A DNA stretch of 64,000 nucleotides, taken from positions 1,565 to 65,564 of the forward strand of contig JAZQLY010000031.1 of NCBI GenBank assembly GCA_045543015.1, written 5' to 3'. Below, in pieces: positions 10,263-18,387 of the stretch. Source of the stretch: Eubacteriales bacterium (GTDB lineage: Bacteria > Bacillota > Clostridia > Oscillospirales > CAG-272). Both the position numbers and the translations under genes were made by a program. The first letter of the stretch is position 1. Every line of letters starts with the position of its first letter. Below the pieces are notes generated by a model. That model was not told the origin of the DNA. It ran no database searches and saw only the letters and a list, made by a program, of their open reading frames with translations.

Positions 10263-10745
10263 TTAAAATAACAGGATCAGCAGCGCCAGCCCGCCGCACA
10301 CCCCAAGAGATCGTGCTGCGCGGGCACGGCGCGGTGCCTCCTCCTTCCGGCGGTGAAGCACCGCCTCTATCTCCTTGATCGTATAGTCACACACGGCCGC
10401 CTGCGCGGCTGTATCACTTTTGCCCAGCTCTGCGCCAAACGCGGCAAGGGTGCGCCTCTCCTCTTCCCCGATATACAAGCTCTCCTTGCAGGCCTGCAGC
10501 GCATCTGCAAGCCCGTGCGCCCGCATTGCCGGCAAAAAGCCGCATGCCTCCAGGGCCGGGTTCTGAAAATCGGCGTAGATCCGCTCGATCGGGTCGCAAA
10601 AGCAAACGATGCGGGTGCGGATATGCCGCACGAGCAGCAAAAAGCCCTCTGTCTGGCGTACGCGCCCTTCCTCTATCCCGGCGTAGTGCCAGCCAAGGCA
10701 GCAGGCGCTGCCAAACAGCAACGCGCCACCTATCCACTGCAGCAT
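10263..10745 (-). CDS. spoIIIAB: stage III sporulation protein AB
   Basis: 160 aa, N- and C-terminal TM helices flanking a helical cytoplasmic domain; operon position. Confidence 0.8.
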   Translation of the reverse strand: MLQWIGGALLFGSACCLGWHYAGIEEGRVRQTEGFLLLVRHIRTRIVCFCDPIERIYADFQNPALEACGFLPAMRAHGLADALQACKESLYIGEEERRTLAAFGAELGKSDTAAQAAVCDYTIKEIEAVLHRRKEEAPRRARAARSLGVCGGLALLILLF

Positions 10746-11707
10746 AATTCTCCCCTCCCGATAGCCTGTACACGGTAAAAAAAGCTGTGCGCATGCCGAA
10801 AGATGCCAATATGCGCCGCAAACACCCCTCCCGCTACCAGCATGGCAACAGCCGGGCGGGCAAGCAGCTCCTCAACGCCCGAGGCATGAACGGAGGCGAC
10901 GATGGGAACACCGCACCCCTTTACCGATAACAGCGTTTCTGCCTCCTGCGTGCTGCCGATCTCATCGCAAACAATGACCTGCGGTGAGAGGGTTCGCGTG
11001 GCCATCTCAATGCCCACGGCAAGGGGGTAGCCGCGCAGCACGTCTACCTGACATGCGGCGGGAAAGGCCTCGTCGTACAGCTCTGTGCGTGTGTCAATAA
11101 TGGCGGTGCGGCGAGCGTTTGGCCCGGCGGAGATCGCACGGGCAAATTCACGCAAAAGCGTGGTCTTACCACCGCCGGGGGGTGAATAGATCAAAAGCCC
11201 CGCGCGGCAGGAAAGCAGGCGAAAGGCCTCTTCTGCGATGCGACCTGCCCCCGGTACAACGTGCGGCAGGCGGATGCAAAGCGAGGAGAAGCCGGCAAGG
11301 CCGCTGACACCTCGCTCATCATGGACCGCACGCCCTGCCACCCCAATGCGGCAGCCGTATGCAGACAAATAGCCCATGCGCAGCGTGTTGGCATGCGCAT
11401 ACAGCGAGCCGCCGCAAAGGGCGGTCAACGTATGCACCACATCCTCCTCGGTCAGGGTGAGCGGCAGCAGCATATTGCCGCCATCCAGCGTCAAGGCGGC
11501 CTGGTGCCCCGCACGCAAACGGATCTCAGAGAGGCGGGCAGGCAGATCATCCTGCCCCGCTCGCATACGGATGATCTGCTGCTGCAGCTGGCGTGGCAAG
11601 CAGGCAAGGATCTCTGAAAAACGCGCCTCAGCCTGACGCTTTGCCGCCTCACAAGACACGTCACCTATGTTTTTTTCTGTCGAAAAAAGATATTTTTGCA
11701 AACTCAT
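10730..11707 (-). CDS. spoIIIAA: stage III sporulation protein AA (secretion-type ATPase)
   Basis: Walker A SPPGGGKTTLLRE, Walker B VIVCDEIG; ATG 11707 chosen because the track ORF (to 12010) runs antisense through abrB; RBS is weak so start is approximate. Confidence 0.85.
   Translation of the reverse strand: MSLQKYLFSTEKNIGDVSCEAAKRQAEARFSEILACLPRQLQQQIIRMRAGQDDLPARLSEIRLRAGHQAALTLDGGNMLLPLTLTEEDVVHTLTALCGGSLYAHANTLRMGYLSAYGCRIGVAGRAVHDERGVSGLAGFSSLCIRLPHVVPGAGRIAEEAFRLLSCRAGLLIYSPPGGGKTTLLREFARAISAGPNARRTAIIDTRTELYDEAFPAACQVDVLRGYPLAVGIEMATRTLSPQVIVCDEIGSTQEAETLLSVKGCGVPIVASVHASGVEELLARPAVAMLVAGGVFAAHIGIFRHAHSFFYRVQAIGRGELCCSG
11678..11684 (+). promoter_or_regulatory. consensus Spo0A box TGTCGAA upstream of the abrB promoter
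   Basis: Exact 7-mer match to the Bacillus 0A-box consensus; a second one-mismatch box TGTCGTA lies at 11738-11744. Confidence 0.4.
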
Positions 11708-11735
11708 TGACTTTTTTGGTATTTTATGGTATTCT
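11707..11735 (+). promoter_or_regulatory. abrB promoter (sigma-A type, extended -10)
   Basis: TTGACT - 17 nt - TGgTATTCT, 36 nt upstream of the abrB ATG. Confidence 0.55.
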
Positions 11736-11770
11736 TGTGTCGTAACAATATTTTTGGAGGTTTTCCGATC

Positions 11771-12016
11771 ATGAAATCTACCGGTATGGTTCGTAAAATT
11801 GATGAGCTGGGCAGAATCGTTCTTCCCATTGAGATCCGCAATACGCTGGGCATTGAGAGCCGCGATTCGCTGGAGATCTTTGTGGAGGGGGATAAGATCG
11901 TCCTTTCCAAATATCAGCCCTGCTGCCTGTTCTGCGGCAATGCGCAGAACGTGCTCTACTTTCACGGCAAGATGATCTGCCGTGACTGCACCGAGCAGAT
12001 GAAAAAGCAATTCTGA
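11771..12016 (+). CDS. abrB: AbrB-family transition-state regulator
   Basis: MKSTGMVRKIDELGRIVLPIEIRNTLGI (SpoVT/AbrB swapped-hairpin motif), 81 aa, RBS TGGAGG; C-terminal CxxC...CxxC pair. Confidence 0.9.
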   Translation: MKSTGMVRKIDELGRIVLPIEIRNTLGIESRDSLEIFVEGDKIVLSKYQPCCLFCGNAQNVLYFHGKMICRDCTEQMKKQF

Positions 12017-12074
12017 CCGCCCATTTCATTCTATGCGGCGTATCCCGCCATTATGACAGCAAGCGAGGTTTGAA

Positions 12075-13199
12075 ATGAACAACGAACAAACGGCAGAAAG
12101 CAAGGAAACGCCCGTCTCGCGCAAGGCAGTCGGCTTTCCCTGCGCGCAGTGCGGCAACCAGATGTCCTTTTCCCCGGCGCACGGGCAGCTGTTCTGCACC
12201 TACTGCAAGACGGAAAAAGAAATACCCGGCGCAGAGGTAGAGGCGGCCGAGTATGTATATTTTCCGGATGACGAGCATTTTGAAGCACCGATGTGGGAAA
12301 ACGAGCCGGAGCAATTGTTGACCTGCCCCTCCTGCGGTGCAGAGACGGTGCTGGGTGCCGCCGCCATGACGGCGACCTGTCCCTTTTGCTCCTCACACTA
12401 CGTCACCGAGGCACCGACCGGGAAGGCGGTGATCTCCCCCGAGACGATGATCCCCTTCCGCATTTCCGAGGAGCAGGCGCACAGCAGCTTCCGCACCTGG
12501 GTGAAAAAGCAATGGCTTGCCCCGCGCAGCTTTAAAAAAGAGGCAAAGACGCCCGAAATGAAGGGCATCTACATCCCCTACTGGACGTTTGACGCCGCCC
12601 TGACCACCGATTACAGCGGCTTTGGCGGCATACGCCGCGTAGAGCATTATACGGTGCGCGTCAACGGCAAGACGCAAACGCGCACCCGCACCCGTACCGA
12701 TTGGTACCCCATCAGCGGGCAGATGCACCTGGATTTTGACAATATCCCCTGCCCCGCCACCAAGAAGATCGACCGTGGCCTGCTGGAGCGGCTGGGTGGC
12801 TACAGCATGAAGGTGCTGAACGTCTATAACCCCGCGTATCTGGCCGGTTTTTTTGCCGAGCGGTACAGCATTGGCCTTTCTGAGGGGTTTGAGACCGTTC
12901 GCACCGTCATGGAGCGGCGCATGGCCGCACACATCGAGTCCTCACTGCATTATGACACCTATCGCGGCATGCATTACAGCCACAACTACGAGGCCGTCAA
13001 GTTCAAGCACATCCTGCTGCCGCTGTGGCTCTCCTCCTACGCCTTCCACGGCAAGGTGTTTCAATTTATGGTCAACGGCGAGACCGGGCGCACAGCCGGC
13101 CATGCCCCCCTCTCGGGCTGGAAGGTCGCTCTGCTGGTCGGCGGTGGTATTCTGGCAGCGGGCCTGCTGCTGCTCCTGCTGATGTCGCTTGGGCAATAA
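12075..13199 (+). CDS. zinc-ribbon protein with C-terminal membrane anchor, unknown function
   Basis: Two CxxC...CxxC ribbons (CAQCG...CTYC; CPSCG...CPFC), central soluble domain, C-terminal TM WKVALLVGGGILAAGLLLLLL. Confidence 0.6.
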   Translation: MNNEQTAESKETPVSRKAVGFPCAQCGNQMSFSPAHGQLFCTYCKTEKEIPGAEVEAAEYVYFPDDEHFEAPMWENEPEQLLTCPSCGAETVLGAAAMTATCPFCSSHYVTEAPTGKAVISPETMIPFRISEEQAHSSFRTWVKKQWLAPRSFKKEAKTPEMKGIYIPYWTFDAALTTDYSGFGGIRRVEHYTVRVNGKTQTRTRTRTDWYPISGQMHLDFDNIPCPATKKIDRGLLERLGGYSMKVLNVYNPAYLAGFFAERYSIGLSEGFETVRTVMERRMAAHIESSLHYDTYRGMHYSHNYEAVKFKHILLPLWLSSYAFHGKVFQFMVNGETGRTAGHAPLSGWKVALLVGGGILAAGLLLLLLMSLGQ

Positions 13200-13368
13200 A
13201 GAGCCGGGATCTTTTTTATCAAAGCACAGCATATACACGCCTTTTACAAAAAGCACGCAAGAGTGTGATCTCTCTTCCTCTCTTGCTTGCTTTTTTCTTT
13301 TATGCAAAAAGGCTTTCTCGCCTTGCCGTTTTCCTGCGTGCGCCTTGGATAAAAATTGAAAATTAGTA

Positions 13369-13397
13369 TTGACAAATACCAACTTCGGTGGTATACT
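13369..13397 (+). promoter_or_regulatory. promoter of the SipW/TasA-type operon
   Basis: TTGACA - 17 nt - TGgTATACT; ~125-nt leader to the first ATG. Confidence 0.55.
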
Positions 13398-13529
13398 TCA
13401 TTATGCACCATTATATGATTGATATCTCAAAGGTGCTGCTGTAACAGGGGTGCTTACCAAACCACCGAGCCCCCCGTTTTTGCATGACCTTGGATATAAA
13501 AACAAATATACAGAAAGGAAACAAAAACA

Positions 13530-14078
13530 ATGACCATGAGAAACAGAAAAACCGCCATCACCGCCTTCATCCTGGTAGCCGTTATGCTGTTGGCTGTTGG
13601 TTTTGCAGCCATGTCCGACGATCTGAGCATCACGGGTAACGCCACGATCACTGCCGAGAACGCAGAGAACGCCTTTGCTGCGGACGTCTACTTCACTGAG
13701 GCCGTTATCTCTGCCGATAAGGGTACTGCTACGATCGGCCCCGATACCAATGGCGAGGCAGCCGATAAGATCACCATCGTGGTTGATGACAATGCCATGT
13801 CTGGCCAGGGCGACTCTGTCATCTGCGCAGCTGAGATCACCAACGCCGGCGACGTTGACGCATGGGTCAAGCTGGACTCCATCGTTGTCAGCAACGGCAC
13901 CTACTTCAAGGTCAGCACCAGCTGGGGCAACACCAGCGTTATGCCTCTTGCTGCAGGCGATACGCTGGACATCACCATAACCCTCACCTGCATCAAGACG
14001 CCGCAGACCGAGGTGACCACCGCCTTTGATCTTGGCTTCACCGCTACGGACTACGATCCTACCATCGTTACCCCGTAA
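13530..14078 (+). CDS. small exported protein with SipW-cognate-type signal peptide (TasA/camelysin-like class)
   Basis: 182 aa; basic n-region, h-region, then VGFAAMSDDLSITGNATI resembling the TasA GGGTWA|AFND cleavage region; beta-rich mature part. Confidence 0.65.
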   Translation: MTMRNRKTAITAFILVAVMLLAVGFAAMSDDLSITGNATITAENAENAFAADVYFTEAVISADKGTATIGPDTNGEAADKITIVVDDNAMSGQGDSVICAAEITNAGDVDAWVKLDSIVVSNGTYFKVSTSWGNTSVMPLAAGDTLDITITLTCIKTPQTEVTTAFDLGFTATDYDPTIVTP

Positions 14079-14123
14079 TTCCATCATTCGGTTCGTCCGA
14101 AAGTAAGAGAAAAGGAGGGCGGC

Positions 14124-15248
14124 ATGACCGACAGAAAAAGATTACATATCCTTTCGGCTTCGTTTTTTGCCGCCCTTCTGATCATCTTTTTGATTCCCTT
14201 TGATACGGCAGGGCGGATCCTTGCTGCCGTTGCATGTACGGCAGCTGCGATCGTTGCCGTATTGCTTATCAAAAAAAGAAGCATTCCATCCGTGAATCAG
14301 CAACAGGTGCTTATGATCGTGTCGGTCATGGCGGTGGTTTACCTGATGCTGTACTACCTCACCGGGCTGGAATTTGGTTATCTCAACAATCCCTATGCCC
14401 TGCGGTTAAGGTTCTTTTTCACGCGTATGATTCCCGCGGCCGTGATCATCGTGGCCACGGAGGTCTACCGCTGGATCATCCGTGCGCAGGAGGACCGGGC
14501 ATCGGAGATCCTCTGCTACCTCTCCTGCGTTCTTGCGGAAATGATCATTTGCGCAACGGCAGACGTGGCGATCTCCTCCTTTAACCATTTTATGGAGCTG
14601 GTCGCAGAGACCATGTTCCCGGCCTTCATTGCCAATCTTCTCTACGGCTATCTGTCTAAACGATACCGCTTTTACCCCAACATCGTTTTTCGCGCCGTTA
14701 CCACGCTTTACCTGTACTTTATTCCGGTGATCCCCGGGATCGCCAAATCGCTTGTCTCATTCATAAACCTTTTTACGCCCCTTTTGATCTTTCTGTTCAT
14801 TGATTCACTTTTTGAAAGAAAGCGGCGTTATGCCCTGGTCAAAAGGAGCAAGCTCGCCGTTCCCATCACCGCCCTTGCCATCATGGCCATGACGGCCACG
14901 GTAATGATCATATCCAACCAGTTCTCGGTTGGGGCTTACGTTATCGCTACCGAAAGCATGACGGGTGAATTAAACAAAGGGGACGCTGCCATATACCAGC
15001 GTTATGAGGACCAGACCATTGCAGAAGGTCAGGTCATTGCTTTTGAGAAAAATGACCGTGTGGTGATCCACCGTGTCGTTGATATACAGATCATTAACGG
15101 ACAAACACGTTACTTTACCAAGGGAGATGCCAACGCAAGCAAGGATACCGGGTTTATTTTCGATTCGGATATCATCGGCCTTGTAAACTTCAAGATCCCT
15201 TATATCGGCTACCCAACACTTTGGATGCGCAGCCTGTTTCACCGTTAA
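14124..15248 (+). CDS. SipW-type (ER/archaeal-type) signal peptidase I fused to an N-terminal ~260-aa polytopic membrane domain
   Basis: C-terminal 110 aa carry the catalytic Ser (ATESMTGEL), His (VVIHRVV) and GDAN box of SipW-type peptidases; N-terminal part has ~7 hydrophobic helices. Confidence 0.75.
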   Translation: MTDRKRLHILSASFFAALLIIFLIPFDTAGRILAAVACTAAAIVAVLLIKKRSIPSVNQQQVLMIVSVMAVVYLMLYYLTGLEFGYLNNPYALRLRFFFTRMIPAAVIIVATEVYRWIIRAQEDRASEILCYLSCVLAEMIICATADVAISSFNHFMELVAETMFPAFIANLLYGYLSKRYRFYPNIVFRAVTTLYLYFIPVIPGIAKSLVSFINLFTPLLIFLFIDSLFERKRRYALVKRSKLAVPITALAIMAMTATVMIISNQFSVGAYVIATESMTGELNKGDAAIYQRYEDQTIAEGQVIAFEKNDRVVIHRVVDIQIINGQTRYFTKGDANASKDTGFIFDSDIIGLVNFKIPYIGYPTLWMRSLFHR

Positions 15249-15261
15249 GGAAGGAGACATT

Positions 15262-16848
15262 ATGTCTGAAGTTGAAAGAAAAAGGCGGCAGGAATATAAG
15301 CGAAACCGCAAAAGATGGATCCTGATCCAGGCCATCGTACTGGCTTTGGTTTGCGTGATCTCGCTTGGTTCCTTCGTCATTCGCGATCAGATGGATCGCA
15401 CGTATTACATCGAATATACAGAAAACGGAGCGGTGGACTATTCGGTCAAGTATCAGGACAACGCCTTCTTTGACGAGGAATGGATCGGTTCCCATCAGTC
15501 CTACGTTACGTCGCTTGTGGATGCCATCAAGGCAGAGTTCTCCTATGCCCTCCGCATGGATTCCTCCAACGTGGGCTTTGACTATACCTACGGCATTACT
15601 GCCCAGCTCGTTGTTTCGGATAAGGATACGGGGGATCATATCTTTGACCCCATCGAGCCTCTTCTCCCGGACGTGAAGGCCAGCCAACGCCGCAGTGACA
15701 GCATCAGCATCAAAGAAAGCGTAGCCATTGATTTCCCCAAGTACAATGCGCTTGCCCATCAATTTGTAGAGGCCTACGGCCTGAACAATGCTACCAGCAT
15801 GCTGGTGGTCACCCTGCACGTTGACGTGATCAGCCAGTGCAACGAATTTGAGTCAAACAACCAGAACAGCTATTTCATTTCTTTGAACATTCCGCTCGGT
15901 GAGCAGAATTTCAGCATGCACACCACCTCCAACACCCCCGAGGATGAGAGCAAGGTTCTGGCCTGCCGCGGCATCATCAGCCAGAACATTCCCCTTGCCA
16001 TCGGTATCGCATCGGCGGTGATCGCACTGCTCCTTGCTTGCATTCTCGTATTTTTCATTTACGTTACGAGAAACGAGGACGTAAACTACACCATTAAGGT
16101 CAAGAAGATCCTCAAGTCCTATCGCTCCTTCATCCAGCAGATCGAGGGTGAGTTTGACACGGAAGGTTACCAGATCGTAAAAGTCAAGACCTTTACCGAA
16201 ATGCTGGGCATCCGGGATACCATTCAATCCCCCGTTCTCATGAGCGAGAACGCGGACGAAACGAGAGCCCTTTTCCTGGTTCCCACCAACACCAAGATCT
16301 TATATCTGTATGAGATCAAGGTGGATAACTACGATCAGCTCTACGCACCGCAAGAAGAAACCGTAGAAGAAGAAACTGAAGAAGAGCCGTGCAGCTCTGT
16401 CCTCGTTGTGGAGGACGAGAGCGGCATGGAAGAGGCGATCATCCTTGACGAAAGCGTTGACCGCGAGGAGATTGCCGAGGCGATGGCGACCCCTGACGTT
16501 GTTTTAGAGGAAGTGGACTTCGTAGGTGACGATGACGTAGATTACGAAGGCACCGAGGAGGAGCCCGGCCTTGAGGTCGTTTCCGTTGTCTGGCCCGAGG
16601 AAAAGAAGGGCAACAAGGTGTACCGTTATGACCCGAACGGCGAGGTGCTGGAGAAGGGTGATATGGTGCTTGTTCCCACACATGATGCGGCAAAGGACCG
16701 GGAGGTCATCCGCAAGGCTGCCGTAGCGCACGCCAACCATACCATTGACCCTGACACGCACCCCCACCCACTCAAAAAGATCATTGCCGTCATCAAGCGC
16801 CATGCCAGAATGGCGATCACCCCAAAGGATGACGAAGGCGATCGCTGA
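15262..16848 (+). CDS. two-TM membrane protein with extracytoplasmic beta-rich domain and long acidic cytoplasmic tail (DUF5305-like architecture, unverified)
   Basis: TM1 WILIQAIVLALVCVISLGSFVI, TM2 PLAIGIASAVIALLLACILVFFIYV, acidic run EETVEEETEEEP, C-terminal KVYRYDPNGEVLEKGDMVLVPT motif; RBS GGAAGGAG. Confidence 0.6.
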   Translation: MSEVERKRRQEYKRNRKRWILIQAIVLALVCVISLGSFVIRDQMDRTYYIEYTENGAVDYSVKYQDNAFFDEEWIGSHQSYVTSLVDAIKAEFSYALRMDSSNVGFDYTYGITAQLVVSDKDTGDHIFDPIEPLLPDVKASQRRSDSISIKESVAIDFPKYNALAHQFVEAYGLNNATSMLVVTLHVDVISQCNEFESNNQNSYFISLNIPLGEQNFSMHTTSNTPEDESKVLACRGIISQNIPLAIGIASAVIALLLACILVFFIYVTRNEDVNYTIKVKKILKSYRSFIQQIEGEFDTEGYQIVKVKTFTEMLGIRDTIQSPVLMSENADETRALFLVPTNTKILYLYEIKVDNYDQLYAPQEETVEEETEEEPCSSVLVVEDESGMEEAIILDESVDREEIAEAMATPDVVLEEVDFVGDDDVDYEGTEEEPGLEVVSVVWPEEKKGNKVYRYDPNGEVLEKGDMVLVPTHDAAKDREVIRKAAVAHANHTIDPDTHPHPLKKIIAVIKRHARMAITPKDDEGDR

Positions 16849-16877
16849 ACAATCAAATAACAGGAAAGGAGAGAGTT

Positions 16878-18380
16878 ATGATGACAAAGCGTTCTATCGC
16901 AGCAGTATGTGTAGCTCTCTCCTGTATGTTTCTGTTCATCACCGTTGGGTATTCCTCCTTCACGGATGACCTGAGCATGACCGGCTCCGCAACGATCGAG
17001 ATCCCGGAGGGCCTTTTCATTATCGATATCGTAACCAAGGGCACCGGCAACGTTGATCACCAGACGGTAGAATTTATACCGTACACCACAACGGTAGATG
17101 CGACCATTGACAAAAAGAATGAAACCACCTCGTCCTCCGGCGGCGGTTGGTGGCCGGGCTGGGGTGGAAACCAAACCACAACAAAATACGCCGGCACCGT
17201 TACTTACGAGATCACCGTCTTTAACAATACCGATCATGAATACGCTTACCGCGGTCTGTTCTACCAAACCGCCCTTACGGGATATAACGGGAACGGCTAC
17301 GTCAGCACCGCCAACAGCAACTCCAGGATCGGCGTTACGGTAAGCTTTCCAAACAATGACAGGATCGTTGCCCCGGGTGAGACCCTGGTCTTTACCGCCA
17401 CGTATACGGTAGGCCAGGATATGGCAGACGCCACCGACTGGCGGACGCTGCTGAACTTCCAATTCGGTATCAACGTAGAATCTGAGGCGGCAGCGAGAAA
17501 TGCTGTTTTTGAAAAATTCCTGGATATCCTGAACACCCGCTCCACCTACGATACCCTGGTGGATAATCTTGACAACAAGTTTGACGGACAGCAGGAATGG
17601 ACCTCCAACTACATTGGTAACGTAAGCAACGCCGTAAACAGCGACTCGTATGCCGTAGAGACGCTTTTTGCCGGCCAGCTGAACATGATCATAGACGGGC
17701 AAACAACGCCGGCCAGCGTTTTGATCAAGCACGAGAATCTGGACTGGAACAACAATACCGGTGACGATTACGTGGCGAAAAACGAGACAAACGGCGGTGA
17801 ATTCCGCGGTTACGGCTGTGAGATGACCTTGTACCTTACCACCGACCCGCTGGATACCCCCAACGGCTATGCGCCGGTCTACGTAGCGGTATTTACCTGC
17901 GACCGGGATGAGAACGGCAACATCGTGGGCGGCTGGTACCGAATTGGTGATACCTATGCCGGCCAGGCCAACATCGTGGGCTACAACGGCGAGGCAGGCG
18001 GCACCGGCTCCTTCGTTACCGATAACTGGAAGGCGTATGCAGGCACTTATTCCCCCACCGAGAAATTCAGTTATTCGGTGGAGGCAGGCACCACCATCAA
18101 GACCCTCGTTCAGGTGGTGGATGATGCCGCTATTGCGGAGTTCCAGCGTATATTGACCGATTCCAAGGCAATCATTGAGGACCTGCGCTATGCGGGCATC
18201 GGCATTGAGCGGATCGAGAATGCCTATCTCGATGCAAGCCGCTATTACACCCTGGACGCAGACGGCAACCCCGTTGCCAACGCGGGTACCACCCGCGCAC
18301 AGCTGCTCCCCACCATGATCGAGCTGAATTATGCCCTGTCAGAGGCCAAGGATGCCATTGATTCCTTGCCTGCACATTAA
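16878..18380 (+). CDS. large exported protein (500 aa) with SipW-cognate-type signal peptide
   Basis: N-terminus VGYSSFTDDLSMTGSATI in the same register (residues 24-40) as the 182-aa protein; Gly/Trp-rich insert SSSGGGWWPGWGG; RBS AAAGGAGAG. Confidence 0.65.
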   Translation: MMTKRSIAAVCVALSCMFLFITVGYSSFTDDLSMTGSATIEIPEGLFIIDIVTKGTGNVDHQTVEFIPYTTTVDATIDKKNETTSSSGGGWWPGWGGNQTTTKYAGTVTYEITVFNNTDHEYAYRGLFYQTALTGYNGNGYVSTANSNSRIGVTVSFPNNDRIVAPGETLVFTATYTVGQDMADATDWRTLLNFQFGINVESEAAARNAVFEKFLDILNTRSTYDTLVDNLDNKFDGQQEWTSNYIGNVSNAVNSDSYAVETLFAGQLNMIIDGQTTPASVLIKHENLDWNNNTGDDYVAKNETNGGEFRGYGCEMTLYLTTDPLDTPNGYAPVYVAVFTCDRDENGNIVGGWYRIGDTYAGQANIVGYNGEAGGTGSFVTDNWKAYAGTYSPTEKFSYSVEAGTTIKTLVQVVDDAAIAEFQRILTDSKAIIEDLRYAGIGIERIENAYLDASRYYTLDADGNPVANAGTTRAQLLPTMIELNYALSEAKDAIDSLPAH

Positions 18381-18387
18381 GCAACGC

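Noticed and set aside
11721-11752. Sigma-E-like promoter candidate for spoIIIA (ATATT - 18 nt - CATAAAAT, minus strand).
   Set aside because: The -10 element ends only 13 nt before the chosen ATG, leaving no room for a leader and RBS, and the spacer is long. The match is too weak to report.
11708-12010. N-terminal extension of spoIIIAA given by the ORF track (426 aa).
   Set aside because: The extension is antisense to the well-supported abrB gene. Alignment to B. subtilis SpoIIIAA places the true start near ATG 11707. I trimmed similar upstream extensions for spoIIIAH, spoIIIAE, spoIIIAF, nif3, groES, the SLH protein, the BNR protein, the LRR lipoprotein and the surface proteins.
13445-13481. 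Terminator-like hairpin plus GUUUUUG in the 125-nt leader of the SipW/TasA-type operon, considered as a possible attenuator or riboswitch.
   Set aside because: The stem is only GGGGUG/CACC..CCCC with a bulge and a large loop. I recognised no known riboswitch consensus (I checked c-di-GMP I/II patterns by eye). It is too weak to call.
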